The notes below the pieces were generated by a model, which did no database searches, was not told where the DNA came from, and worked only from the letters and a program-made list of their open reading frames with translations. Positions 16,705 through 25,317 of a stretch of DNA of 64,000 nucleotides are shown piece after piece (the first letter of the stretch is position 1; the number at the start of each line of letters is the position of its first letter). The DNA lies in the NCBI GenBank assembly GCA_946537515.1, contig CAMNFV010000001.1, positions 6,812-70,811 of the forward strand, read 5' to 3'. The translations under genes were made by a program, and so were the position numbers. This DNA comes from an uncultured Ruminococcus sp. (GTDB lineage Bacteria > Bacillota > Clostridia > Oscillospirales > Ruminococcaceae).

Positions 16705-16760
16705 TTGACACGGTGTCAGAATAATGCTATAATATCTATAATGACACAATGTCAGAATAA
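16705..16760 (+). promoter_or_regulatory. Consensus SigA promoter overlapped and followed by a duplicated palindromic operator
   Basis: TTGACA (16705-16710), 17-nt spacer, TGcTATAAT (TATAAT at 16728-16733). Two 19-nt direct copies sit 36 nt apart: TGACACGGTGTCAGAATAA (16706-16724) and TGACACAATGTCAGAATAA (16742-16760). Each contains the inverted repeat TGACAC-n-GTGTCA or ATGTCA. Confidence 0.65.
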
Positions 16761-16793
16761 AATGCTTATTACAATCAAACGGAGAGTGTTATT

Positions 16794-17729
16794 ATGAAAA
16801 ACTTACCAAAGATCGCGCTCGGAGCATGGGCATGGGGCAATGACGGCACATTCGGCGGCAGCCTGACAGAGGGTACGCTCCGCCCGATCTTCGACAAGGC
16901 TATGGAAAACGGACTCAACCTCTGGGACACCGCTTATGCCTACGGAATGGGCACTTCCGAGAAGATGCTTGCAGGCTTTATGAAGGGACTGCCGAGAGAC
17001 AGCTATCTGGTCTCTGACAAGTTCACGCCGCAATGCGCAGACAGTTCTTCCCTGACAGCGATGCAGGACATGATCGAAATGCAGCTGAAACTCATGGAGC
17101 TTGACCGCTTTGATATTTACTGGATTCACAATGTCTGGGGCGCACCGAAATGGACAGAAGAGCTTGCAAAGTATTTCGAGGGAAAAGAGAACCTGCCGAT
17201 GATCGGTGTTTCCAATCACAACCTCGCGGAGATTAAACAGGCGGCTGATATCCTCAACGCGCACGGTCTGAAGCTCTCGGCTGTGCAGAACCATTACAGC
17301 CTGATCAACCGTTCCTCGGAGAATTCGGGCATTCTGGATTACTGCAAGGAAAACGATATCACGTTCTTCTCCTACATGGTACTGGAACAGGGCGCACTTT
17401 CCGGCAAGTATGACACCGCACACCCGATGCCCGCAGGCTCGGCAAGAGCTGACAGCTATAACCCCATTCTCGACAAGCTGGAGGTCATGAACAAGGCGCT
17501 CAGCAGAATCGCTGACAAGTACGGCGTAGGGATTGCACAGGTGCCGGTTGCGTGGGCAATCGCAAAGGGGACGCTGCCGATCATCGGTGTCACAAAGGTC
17601 AGCCATGTGGAAGACGCAGTAAAAGCTGTGAATATCACTCTCACAGCAGATGAAGTCGCTGAACTTGAGCATGTTGCGGATAGTCTCGGACTGAATGTGA
17701 TCCGATTCTGGGAAAAGGAAATAAAGTAA
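16794..17729 (+). CDS. Aldo/keto reductase family oxidoreductase
   Basis: 311 aa. LGAWAWGNDG, LWDTAYAYGMGTSEKML, IGVSNHN, and the C-terminal IIGVTKVSHVEDAV block. Confidence 0.85.
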   Translation: MKNLPKIALGAWAWGNDGTFGGSLTEGTLRPIFDKAMENGLNLWDTAYAYGMGTSEKMLAGFMKGLPRDSYLVSDKFTPQCADSSSLTAMQDMIEMQLKLMELDRFDIYWIHNVWGAPKWTEELAKYFEGKENLPMIGVSNHNLAEIKQAADILNAHGLKLSAVQNHYSLINRSSENSGILDYCKENDITFFSYMVLEQGALSGKYDTAHPMPAGSARADSYNPILDKLEVMNKALSRIADKYGVGIAQVPVAWAIAKGTLPIIGVTKVSHVEDAVKAVNITLTADEVAELEHVADSLGLNVIRFWEKEIK

Positions 17730-17742
17730 GTAGGTGAAATGT

Positions 17743-18468
17743 ATGAAAAAACTGATGATCTCAATGCTGGCTGCGCTGTGTATGCTGGGCTTCACCGCCT
17801 GCGGAAATACAGAAAACAGCGCTGCTCAGGCAGAAACGGCTGTACAGACACAAGCTGCTGTACAGGAAACACAGGCACAGCAGACGGAACAGTCTGCCGA
17901 TGTGACCGAATCGGAACAATCCAATGAAGAAAAGGCTGCCCCCGAACAGACCGAGATTCAGCCGGAGAATACAGATACAAATGAGGTTGCTGAAAATAAT
18001 ACAATCGTCGTGTATTTCTCCGCAACCGGTACAACAAAAGGTGTTGCAGAGCGTATCGCAAGTGTTACGGGCGCGGAGCTTTTCGAGCTGATTCCTGCCG
18101 AGCCCTACACCGAAGCTGACCTTGACTGGCATGATAAAAACAGCCGCACAACAATCGAGATGAACGATCCGAATGTGCGCCCTGCGATTGCAAACGATAC
18201 GGTCGATCTGAGCAGCTGCACGACTGTGTATATCGGGTACCCGATTTGGTGGGGCGATGCGCCGAGGATAATGAGTACATTCGTTGAAGCGCATGATTTT
18301 GACGAAAAAACGGTCATTCCCTTCTGCACTTCGGGCGGCAGCGGTATCGGCAGAAGCGGTGAAAATCTTGCATCACAGGCAGGCAGCGGAAACTGGCTTT
18401 CCGGCGGCAGACTGGACGCAGGCATCTCCGAAAGTGAGATACAGGACTGGATCAACAATATGAATTAA
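17743..18468 (+). CDS. Flavodoxin-like protein with lipoprotein signal peptide (predicted extracytoplasmic)
   Basis: ATG 17743 with AGGTG 6 nt upstream. MKKLMISMLAALCMLGFTAC (lipobox). Acidic/Gln-rich linker. Flavodoxin fold: IVVYFSATGTTKGVAERIA...IGYPIWWGDAPRIM. Confidence 0.75.
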   Translation: MKKLMISMLAALCMLGFTACGNTENSAAQAETAVQTQAAVQETQAQQTEQSADVTESEQSNEEKAAPEQTEIQPENTDTNEVAENNTIVVYFSATGTTKGVAERIASVTGAELFELIPAEPYTEADLDWHDKNSRTTIEMNDPNVRPAIANDTVDLSSCTTVYIGYPIWWGDAPRIMSTFVEAHDFDEKTVIPFCTSGGSGIGRSGENLASQAGSGNWLSGGRLDAGISESEIQDWINNMN

Positions 18469-18484
18469 ACAGGGAGGGACTGTG

Positions 18485-19429
18485 ATGCAGACAAAGACCG
18501 GTATTATCAAAAGGATCGTCGATGTGGTGCTGACAGTCCTTTTACTGTTTCTGACGGCGTTTCAGGTCACGGGCGAAACGCTGCACGAGTGGCTCGGCAT
18601 CGGCATGACTGTAACGCTGATATTGCACCATATCCTCAACCGCAAGTGGTACAAAGCTGTGCTCAAAGGGAAGTATTCGCCCTATCGCATTGCCGTGACG
18701 GCGGTGAATACGCTGCTGCTCATTTCAATCGCCCTGACCGCGTTCAGCGGAATGTCCATGAGCAGCCACGCAGTCCCCTTTCTGTACGGTCTGATCAATG
18801 TCATGACCGCCAGAGAACTGCACCTTGCAATGTCATACTGGTCATTTATCCTCATGGGCGTGCATATCGGCCTGCATGTGAAAGCCATGACCGCAAAACT
18901 GCCGGACAAAGGCAGAATTGTTTTCAAGGGAATCCTCACAGGCATTTCAGGCGTTGGATTATGGCTGTTCCTGAAAAGCGGCATCGTGAATTATATCACG
19001 TTCCGGACGCATTTTGCATTTCTCGATTATACCGCTGCAAAGTGGCTGATTATCCTGCAAAATCTTGCAATGCTGCTGTTTTTTGTGCTGATCGGGTATG
19101 TTCTCTCTGAGATCGCGCAAAAAAATGAGAATCAGAAGTATTCCCCTGCCCCGCTCCTATGGCTCGGTATTGCAGCGATCATCGGCATCGTGCTGAATGC
19201 CGGATTCAAAGAAAAAAGCGACACGATCAGCTTTGAACATGCTGACCGGACGACTTCACAAAGCACAACTGCGCAAACGACTGCTGAGCAAACAGAACCG
19301 GTTACGGCATCAGAGGACAGCATGACCGTTCCGAAAGAGGTCAATGACGGATTTATACTGATCGAAGGCGGCAGCTTCAATATCGCTGTATTCTTTGAAC
19401 CGCCAGCGCACCGTTTCTGCAAAGCGTGA
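18485..19429 (+). CDS. DUF4405-like (cytochrome-b-like) membrane protein; the C-terminal extracytoplasmic module appears truncated
   Basis: ATG 18485 (GGGAGGG RBS). N-terminus HEWLGIGMTVTLILHHILNRKWY plus about 6 TM helices. The tail ...VNDGFILIEGGSFNI looks like the first strand of an FGE/SUMF1-type domain, then ends after 14 unrelated residues. Confidence 0.6.
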   Translation: MQTKTGIIKRIVDVVLTVLLLFLTAFQVTGETLHEWLGIGMTVTLILHHILNRKWYKAVLKGKYSPYRIAVTAVNTLLLISIALTAFSGMSMSSHAVPFLYGLINVMTARELHLAMSYWSFILMGVHIGLHVKAMTAKLPDKGRIVFKGILTGISGVGLWLFLKSGIVNYITFRTHFAFLDYTAAKWLIILQNLAMLLFFVLIGYVLSEIAQKNENQKYSPAPLLWLGIAAIIGIVLNAGFKEKSDTISFEHADRTTSQSTTAQTTAEQTEPVTASEDSMTVPKEVNDGFILIEGGSFNIAVFFEPPAHRFCKA

Positions 19430-19431
19430 CA

Positions 19432-19506
19432 CTAAAAAGTGCTGCGGCTGATGTCCGCTTCGTCAATGATCTCCTGAACCGTGAGTGCCGAATATATTAT
19501 CTTTTC
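19432..19506 (-). pseudogene. Fragment of a TetR-family regulator (HTH only)
   Basis: The minus frame reads LEKIIYSALTVQEIIDEADISRSTF then TAG. This matches the TetR N-terminal HTH signature, and no remainder of the gene is present. Confidence 0.5.
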
Positions 19507-19514
19507 CAATAACA

Positions 19515-19548
19515 AAACGAGCCGTTGTGATACGGCTCGTTTCTTTCA
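19515..19548. terminator. Bidirectional terminator between the convergent DUF4405 and thiolase genes
   Basis: AAACGAGCCGT-tgtgat-ACGGCTCGTTT (11 bp) with T-rich tracts on both strands. Confidence 0.7.
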
Positions 19549-19558
19549 TCAATGTGTT

Positions 19559-20809
19559 TTATTCCATTCCTACTATATAAACATAATTCGTAGTAGCACT
19601 GCCACCGATATTCAGCATCATAGCATTTTTAACATTCTCGATTTGATATTCGCCTGCTTTTCCTGTGACCTGCTTATACAAATCAAGGAACATTCTTGCT
19701 CCGGAAGCACCGACAGGATGACCACAACCGATCAGGCCTCCGCTCGGATTAATAGGCTTGTTTCCGCCAAAAGCAATGGTTCCATTTTCTATCGCTTCGT
19801 ACTCATGTCCCGGTGCTGTGATACCAAAGCTTGAAATAGCCGCATACTCTGAACTTGTAAAGCAATCGTGTGTCTCAAAGCAGTCGATATCATCAACAGT
19901 CAACCCGCTTCTTTTATATGCATCAAGCACGGTCTGTCTTGTCCACGGAAGAACATAGTCCGAATCAGCATTGTCAGCCATTTTCTTATCAAAAAGCATC
20001 GGTGCAACTCTGTGCCCATAGCCCTTGATAACAGGTTTATTCTTTATGCCATGCTCTTTCATGAATTTTTCCGAACAAAGCACAACGACAGCTGCTCCGT
20101 CAGTAACCTGTGAACAATCGGAAACTGCAAGCTTACCGCCGACTAATGGGTTCGTATCTGTTCCTCTTGTGCTTGCCTGTTCGAAGCTCATAAACCACTT
20201 TCTTGTCTGTGCGAGCGGATTTCTCTTGGCATTTTCATAATTAATGACGCTGATTCTCGCAAGCGCATCCATATATCGTTTTTCATCAAGCTCCGGATAT
20301 TTTTTCAATGTTTCATCAGCAAGCTTTCCGAACAGCTTCGGAAAAGGAAGATCAATTCCTTCGCCTTCCTTTTTATAGTAAGCAGCCCGGCCGAGAAAAT
20401 CACCGCCGAGTTTGGAATCAACAGTCTTCATAAGCTCCCAGCCTACTACGATTGCCAAATCATATTCGTCAGCCATTATCTTTGTCTGTGCTGCATCAAT
20501 CGCTACAGAGCTGGATGCACAAGCTGCTTCATATCTGGCAGAAGGCACACCATAAAATGCAGGATCAACTTCAGTAAGAAATGCGCCGAGATGTCCCTGC
20601 TCTGTATATTTTTCAGCAATAAAATTACCTACAAAGCAAGCAACTCTATTGTCCTTATTCAGCGCTTTCACATCATCAAGAGTGATGCCGGCATCGGCCA
20701 AACCATCAGCGATTACTTCTTTCAGTAACGCTACCATGTTTTTGCCTTCTTTTTTCCAGTTACGCTCAAAATCGGTCTGAGCACCACCAAGTACATAAAC
20801 CTTACTCAT
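19559..20809 (-). CDS. Thiolase-family protein (acetyl-CoA C-acetyltransferase / SCP-x-like)
   Basis: 416 aa. [15 protein letters not shown] (nucleophile Cys), [10 protein letters not shown] and [17 protein letters not shown] (C-terminal His/Cys blocks). GGGGAGG RBS. Low-GC gene. Confidence 0.8.
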   Translation of the reverse strand: MSKVYVLGGAQTDFERNWKKEGKNMVALLKEVIADGLADAGITLDDVKALNKDNRVACFVGNFIAEKYTEQGHLGAFLTEVDPAFYGVPSARYEAACASSSVAIDAAQTKIMADEYDLAIVVGWELMKTVDSKLGGDFLGRAAYYKKEGEGIDLPFPKLFGKLADETLKKYPELDEKRYMDALARISVINYENAKRNPLAQTRKWFMSFEQASTRGTDTNPLVGGKLAVSDCSQVTDGAAVVVLCSEKFMKEHGIKNKPVIKGYGHRVAPMLFDKKMADNADSDYVLPWTRQTVLDAYKRSGLTVDDIDCFETHDCFTSSEYAAISSFGITAPGHEYEAIENGTIAFGGNKPINPSGGLIGCGHPVGASGARMFLDLYKQVTGKAGEYQIENVKNAMMLNIGGSATTNYVYIVGME

Positions 20810-20815
20810 CTGCGC

Positions 20816-22135
20816 TTACCTCCCCGATTTGAAATACAGTCTGTAATCATACTTTGAAGGCTTCATGTATGCTAAAAGTTTGTCGATGTCAACCTTACCG
20901 CAAATTTCAGGCAGTCTCTCCCTGATCAGTGCAGGAACATCTGCAACTGTAGATAATGCCTGGTACATTGCAAGCGGAGGACACCAGTTAAAGCCTGTTG
21001 CCATAACATCATCAGCTGCCTCAATGGTATACCCGACTTCTTCAGTTGCATAAAGCGAATACACGATGTATTTCAGAAGGAATGAGAGGCAGATCTCAGC
21101 TTCCTGCGAACGATTATTCACCAGTCTTTCAAAAGCCTTGGCATAATCGCCTTCCTTTATGAATTTTTTCATCTTACTTGCAAATGGAAATACATAGGGA
21201 ATCACATCACGGTAAAATCCGGTGTTTAAATCGAGAACCGTATTACGCTTCAAGCCGTTATCATATCGAATCGTCTGATACAGACCCATTCCGGATTTGC
21301 GTCCGAGTTTTTTCTCTTCAACCAGTTTCTGGACGAAATCAGGAAGAATAAAAGTCTCATGCGCATAGTCATTTGTGTTTTCGTAAAGGTTGTCTACAAT
21401 CGCCTTATGAACATCGAGTCCGACAAAATCAGATGTTACAAGCGGAGCCATTGCTCTTCCGGTGAATGAACCGAGAAGCGCGTCAATGTAGTCAATACCG
21501 CCGTTGTCCTTATATTTTTCAGCATACTGTAACGCTTCGTTGATAAACTGAAAACCGATACGATTTCCGAGAAATGCAGGTGAATCCTTCACCTCAACAA
21601 CTGTACGGAACAGCTTATTCTTGAGATATGCCTTTAATTCTTCCGCCAATTCCCTGTCCGAGTACTTTGTTGGAGTGAATTCACAGAGCGGCATATTATA
21701 CGGCGGATTGAACATATGAACGCCGAAGAAATGACTTCTCAGATTCTCAGGATAGCATTCCGCCAGCGTCGTAATAGAAAGGCCTGATGTACCGGTACAC
21801 GCAACAGCATGAGGCTGCAATGCTTTCGCAATCTTACTGTGAACATCCTTCTTGACTTCAATATTCTCTGCTGCACTTTCAAAGACTATATCTGAATCAG
21901 ATACACACTTTTCAAGCATTGAGAAATCTGCCGGAATCAAGTTCTTGGAAATACTGTCAGCTCTGACTGACTTTACGATTCTCGGAATCGTTTTCTTTAC
22001 TTTTTCTATGTCGCGGGCAACACAGTATACTTTCGCATTACCAAATGAAGCAAAAATACCTGCGACATTTGCGCCCATAGTACCTGTTGCGCCAACAACT
22101 GTTACAACTGATGCTTTCAAACACAAATCCTCCAT
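20816..22135 (-). CDS. 3-hydroxyacyl-CoA dehydrogenase family protein (long form)
   Basis: Rossmann VVTVVGATGTMGANVAG, GVHMFNPP, DSPAFLGNRIGF. The start is ambiguous between ATG 22135 and TTG 22150, which overlaps the upstream gene. Confidence 0.8.
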   Translation of the reverse strand: MEDLCLKASVVTVVGATGTMGANVAGIFASFGNAKVYCVARDIEKVKKTIPRIVKSVRADSISKNLIPADFSMLEKCVSDSDIVFESAAENIEVKKDVHSKIAKALQPHAVACTGTSGLSITTLAECYPENLRSHFFGVHMFNPPYNMPLCEFTPTKYSDRELAEELKAYLKNKLFRTVVEVKDSPAFLGNRIGFQFINEALQYAEKYKDNGGIDYIDALLGSFTGRAMAPLVTSDFVGLDVHKAIVDNLYENTNDYAHETFILPDFVQKLVEEKKLGRKSGMGLYQTIRYDNGLKRNTVLDLNTGFYRDVIPYVFPFASKMKKFIKEGDYAKAFERLVNNRSQEAEICLSFLLKYIVYSLYATEEVGYTIEAADDVMATGFNWCPPLAMYQALSTVADVPALIRERLPEICGKVDIDKLLAYMKPSKYDYRLYFKSGR

Positions 22136-22139
22136 AAAC

Positions 22140-22790
22140 TTATTCTTCAAAAAACTTAATCGGCTTCGCCGGACTTCCGACGGCTGTGCATTTATCAGGG
22201 ATATCCTTTACGACAACAGCTCCTGCTCCGACGATTGAGTAATTACCAACCGTTTTGCCCTGAATGATCTGCATTCCTGTTCCAAGTTCAGAGCAATATC
22301 CGATATTTGTAATTCCGGATACATTTACAGAAGGATACAATGTTACAAAATCCTGCAAAACAGCGTCATGACCAACGGTACAATCAAGATTGATGATAAC
22401 ATGAGAACCAATTTCAATATTCACAGTTATGATTGAATGCGCGCAAATAATAGTACCTTCACCAACAGTAACCAAATCAGAAATTTCGACAGACGGGTCT
22501 ATCACTGTACCAAATTTGATATCAGGATTGATCTCTTTCACCCGGTTTACAATCTTTTCTCTTGTTCTTGAAGCGCCAACAGCACAAACAAAATATGCAT
22601 CTGTAAATTTTCCTGCATCCTCTGTTTTACCAAGAACAGAGTATCCGTTAATCAACTTTCCCTGAATCTCATCATCATCATCAAGGAAGCCAAGAAGATT
22701 CCAGGCTGGTTCTTTCGCATTGATTCGTTCTACTAACCAAGCAACTTCACGACCAAAGCCGCTTGCTCCGATAATAATTAAGTCTTTCAT
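22140..22790 (-). CDS. NeuD/PglD-family sugar acyltransferase (left-handed beta-helix)
   Basis: 216 aa. N-terminal Rossmann-like LIIIGASGFGREVAWLV. Hexapeptide repeats IGSHVIINLDCTVGHDAVLQDFVTLYPSVNVSG. Confidence 0.8.
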   Translation of the reverse strand: MKDLIIIGASGFGREVAWLVERINAKEPAWNLLGFLDDDDEIQGKLINGYSVLGKTEDAGKFTDAYFVCAVGASRTREKIVNRVKEINPDIKFGTVIDPSVEISDLVTVGEGTIICAHSIITVNIEIGSHVIINLDCTVGHDAVLQDFVTLYPSVNVSGITNIGYCSELGTGMQIIQGKTVGNYSIVGAGAVVVKDIPDKCTAVGSPAKPIKFFEE

Positions 22791-23539
22791 TATAATTCCT
22801 CATCCGTTCCCATAAATTCAGTCATAGTTGCAGATTCTGCTCCGCTAATGCCTTCTCTTTTGACGACTGCTTTCACAGTATCAAAAATAATCTTTAAATC
22901 ACCTTTGAAGGTGATATGATCCACATATGCAACATCAAAGTCGAATTTATCTTCCCATGACATCGCATTTCTGCCGTGCGCCTGTGAATATCCGGTAAGA
23001 CCCGGTCTCACTTCATGCCTTCTTGCCTGATGCTTGTTATACCGCTCCAGGTATCTTACAAGCAGCGGTCTCGGTCCGACAATAGCCATATCTCCCTTGA
23101 TGATATTGAGGAGTTCCGGCAGCTCATCTAAGCTGGTACTTCTGAGGAGCTTGCCGAATTTCGTAAGTCTCACATCATCAGGAAGCAGATCACCATTTTC
23201 ATCGCGTTCATCTGTCATCGTTCTGAACTTATAAAGCTTGAAAATCTTCTCATTTCTGCCCGGCCGGTCCTGCGTGAACAAAACAGGCGAGCCGAGCTTC
23301 GTGCGAACAAGTAACGCTGTCAAAGCTAACACAGGAGACAGAACGATCAATGCGCCTGTACTCAGGAAACAATCAAGCGGTCTTTTGATGAATCGCTCAT
23401 AGACACCATATGATTTATGAGCCATTGCTTTGACTTTGTTTTTTTGTTCATCCATTCTGTCTGCAATAAAAGCGAGTCCGGCAGTGAACGCAGCAAATGC
23501 GGAAATAACAGCAGTGATCACTGCTAAAGTCTTTACCAA
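22790..23539 (-). CDS. Small phosphoglycosyl (undecaprenyl-phosphate sugar-phosphate) transferase, PglC/WbaP-C/EpsL type
   Basis: YERFIKRPLDCFLSTGALIVLSPVLALTALLV, FTQDRPG, KFRTM, DELPQ-like DELPELLNIIKGDMAIVGPRP. The ORF start at 23539 is TTG; internal ATGs at 23455 and 23425 are possible. Confidence 0.8.
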   Translation of the reverse strand: MVKTLAVITAVISAFAAFTAGLAFIADRMDEQKNKVKAMAHKSYGVYERFIKRPLDCFLSTGALIVLSPVLALTALLVRTKLGSPVLFTQDRPGRNEKIFKLYKFRTMTDERDENGDLLPDDVRLTKFGKLLRSTSLDELPELLNIIKGDMAIVGPRPLLVRYLERYNKHQARRHEVRPGLTGYSQAHGRNAMSWEDKFDFDVAYVDHITFKGDLKIIFDTVKAVVKREGISGAESATMTEFMGTDEEL

Positions 23540-24388
23540 CTTTTTGATATGATCACATCCTTACTTAAAACATTTACAAAAGATTCCATTCATCACATCC
23601 TGCTGTTTAGATTTCATCTTATCATAAGACGGCAGGTACATTCCTCTAAAATGACACACCGCCATTTTTTCTTCCGATTAAAAACCGCTTTCTCAGAATC
23701 ATCACCTTTCAAGGCATTTTGCCGGAAAGTGCAATTTCTGATCCAGCGGTTAACCGGGAATGTACTGGCGTTTTTACAATGATAACTCTGCAACAAATTT
23801 AGTAAAAAATTATAATCATGAGTTATTCAATCTGAATAGTGTGTCACTATCTGTTTTTATCTTTATTATTATAGCATAAATCGGAAATAACGTCAAGTGA
23901 ATGCTGAACGGTTTACAGTTCTATTCCTTCAATTTTGTCTACCTTCACAATCATATCCCCGTAACTTGTATTGTCATAGTCATTTTTACGAATAAAAACA
24001 GGAGATACGGGGAAGCAGACCATTGCCAAATCTGCTGGATTCAAAGCTGCATCTTCTGCCAAAAGGCGTTTGAGGAAAATATCCCGGCTTGAATAATTTG
24101 AGATTTCTCCGCTTGATTATTGTTAAATAATGTCGTAAAACGAAGCAGAACCGCTTCCTTGCCAGTCTGAAAGAAGTGCCTTAGCCGACAAAATCAGAAT
24201 GCAGAAATCAGTCCGGCCATCTGATGCCCTATGCTTTGTGTAAGTATCAGGATATCCGCCTTCGCCGAACTGACTGAACTTGAATTAACGCGCTCCAAAT
24301 ATATTGACTTTTTACAATCAATCATGTATAATTGGAAATATCAATATCCTTTCATATGCGGAAGGATAAAATGAAATGAGGGATGACA

Positions 24389-25177
24389 ATGATCAAAACA
24401 AACTTTTTTACAGAAACACCGGCACATAAAGTCACACAGCAACTCGGATGTTTTTCCGTTATTGAATATGTGAAAGATATATCCGTTTCGCCGGCTACTG
24501 CAACAAATGCCTATTTCTGCAGCGAAATGGGTGTCAGGAAGCGTCAGGTCGCGGCCTCGCTCAACGGTGATGCGATCGTCATTCAGTCGGGTGCGATGCA
24601 ATGGTTTGCAGGCAATGTGACAGCTGCGACGGATATCAAAGGTGCCGGCGACTTCATGAAGAAGATGCTGACCAGCAAGGTCACGGGCGAAACTGCCGTG
24701 AAACCGAAATATTCCGGAACCGGTTTGCTCGTAATGGAACCTACATACAATTACATTCTGCTGGAAGACCTTTCGCAGTGGGGCGGCAATCTCGTAGTTG
24801 AGGACGGCCTGTTCCTCGCCTGTAATGACAGCGTTCAGCTTTCCGTTGTTGCAAGATCGAATGTCTCCTCAGCTGTACTCGGCGGTGAGGGCCTGTTCAA
24901 TACCTGCCTGAAAGGTCAGGGTGTCGTCGTACTGGAAAGCCCTGTTCCGCGTGAAGAACTCGTCGTAATCGACCTGGAAAACGATACACTCAAGATCGAC
25001 GGGAATTATGCCATTGCCTGGACAGCAGGCCTTCAGTTTACGGTTGAGCGGACAACAAAGACGCTCGTCGGCTCCGCTGCTTCCGGAGAAGGTCTTGTGA
25101 ATGTTTTCCGCGGTACCGGCAGAGTGCTCATGGCTCCGGTCAGAAGTAATTTTAATATCTCCACACCGTCGAAGTAA
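24389..25177 (+). CDS. AIM24 / DUF124 family protein
   Basis: ORF from 24383. ATG 24389 has GAGGGA 5 nt upstream. Motifs: SGTGLLVMEP...LVVEDGLFLAC...GGEGLFNTCLKGQGVVVLES...GEGLVNVFRGTGRVLMAP. Confidence 0.75.
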   Translation: MIKTNFFTETPAHKVTQQLGCFSVIEYVKDISVSPATATNAYFCSEMGVRKRQVAASLNGDAIVIQSGAMQWFAGNVTAATDIKGAGDFMKKMLTSKVTGETAVKPKYSGTGLLVMEPTYNYILLEDLSQWGGNLVVEDGLFLACNDSVQLSVVARSNVSSAVLGGEGLFNTCLKGQGVVVLESPVPREELVVIDLENDTLKIDGNYAIAWTAGLQFTVERTTKTLVGSAASGEGLVNVFRGTGRVLMAPVRSNFNISTPSK

Positions 25178-25197
25178 ACATCTTTCTGATAAAATTT

Positions 25198-25290
25198 AAC
25201 CCTCTGTGTGCAGCAGCGTCAGCACACAGAGGGTTACCTGATATTAATGAAAGCAGCGAGTTGTAATAAACAGCCCGCTGCTTTTGTGTT
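25198..25290. terminator. Pair of hairpins separating the convergent AIM24 and macrodomain genes
   Basis: AACCCTCTGTGTGC...GCACACAGAGGGTT (14 bp) and AGCAGCG...CGCTGCT followed by TTTGTGTT. Confidence 0.6.
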
Positions 25291-25317
25291 AAGAGAATTT
25301 GCGCCTGCTTATGGTAT

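Noticed and set aside
19507-19549. ATG at 19549 (MKETSRITTARFV...) as the true N-terminus of the TetR fragment, with a frameshift
   Set aside because: The stretch coincides with the 11-bp terminator hairpin and could be fortuitous. Only the unambiguous HTH peptide was annotated.
19559-24382. Integrase, transposase, tRNA-adjacent att sites or direct repeats flanking the low-GC cassette
   Set aside because: None could be found by eye, so the cassette is reported as compositionally atypical rather than as a defined mobile element.
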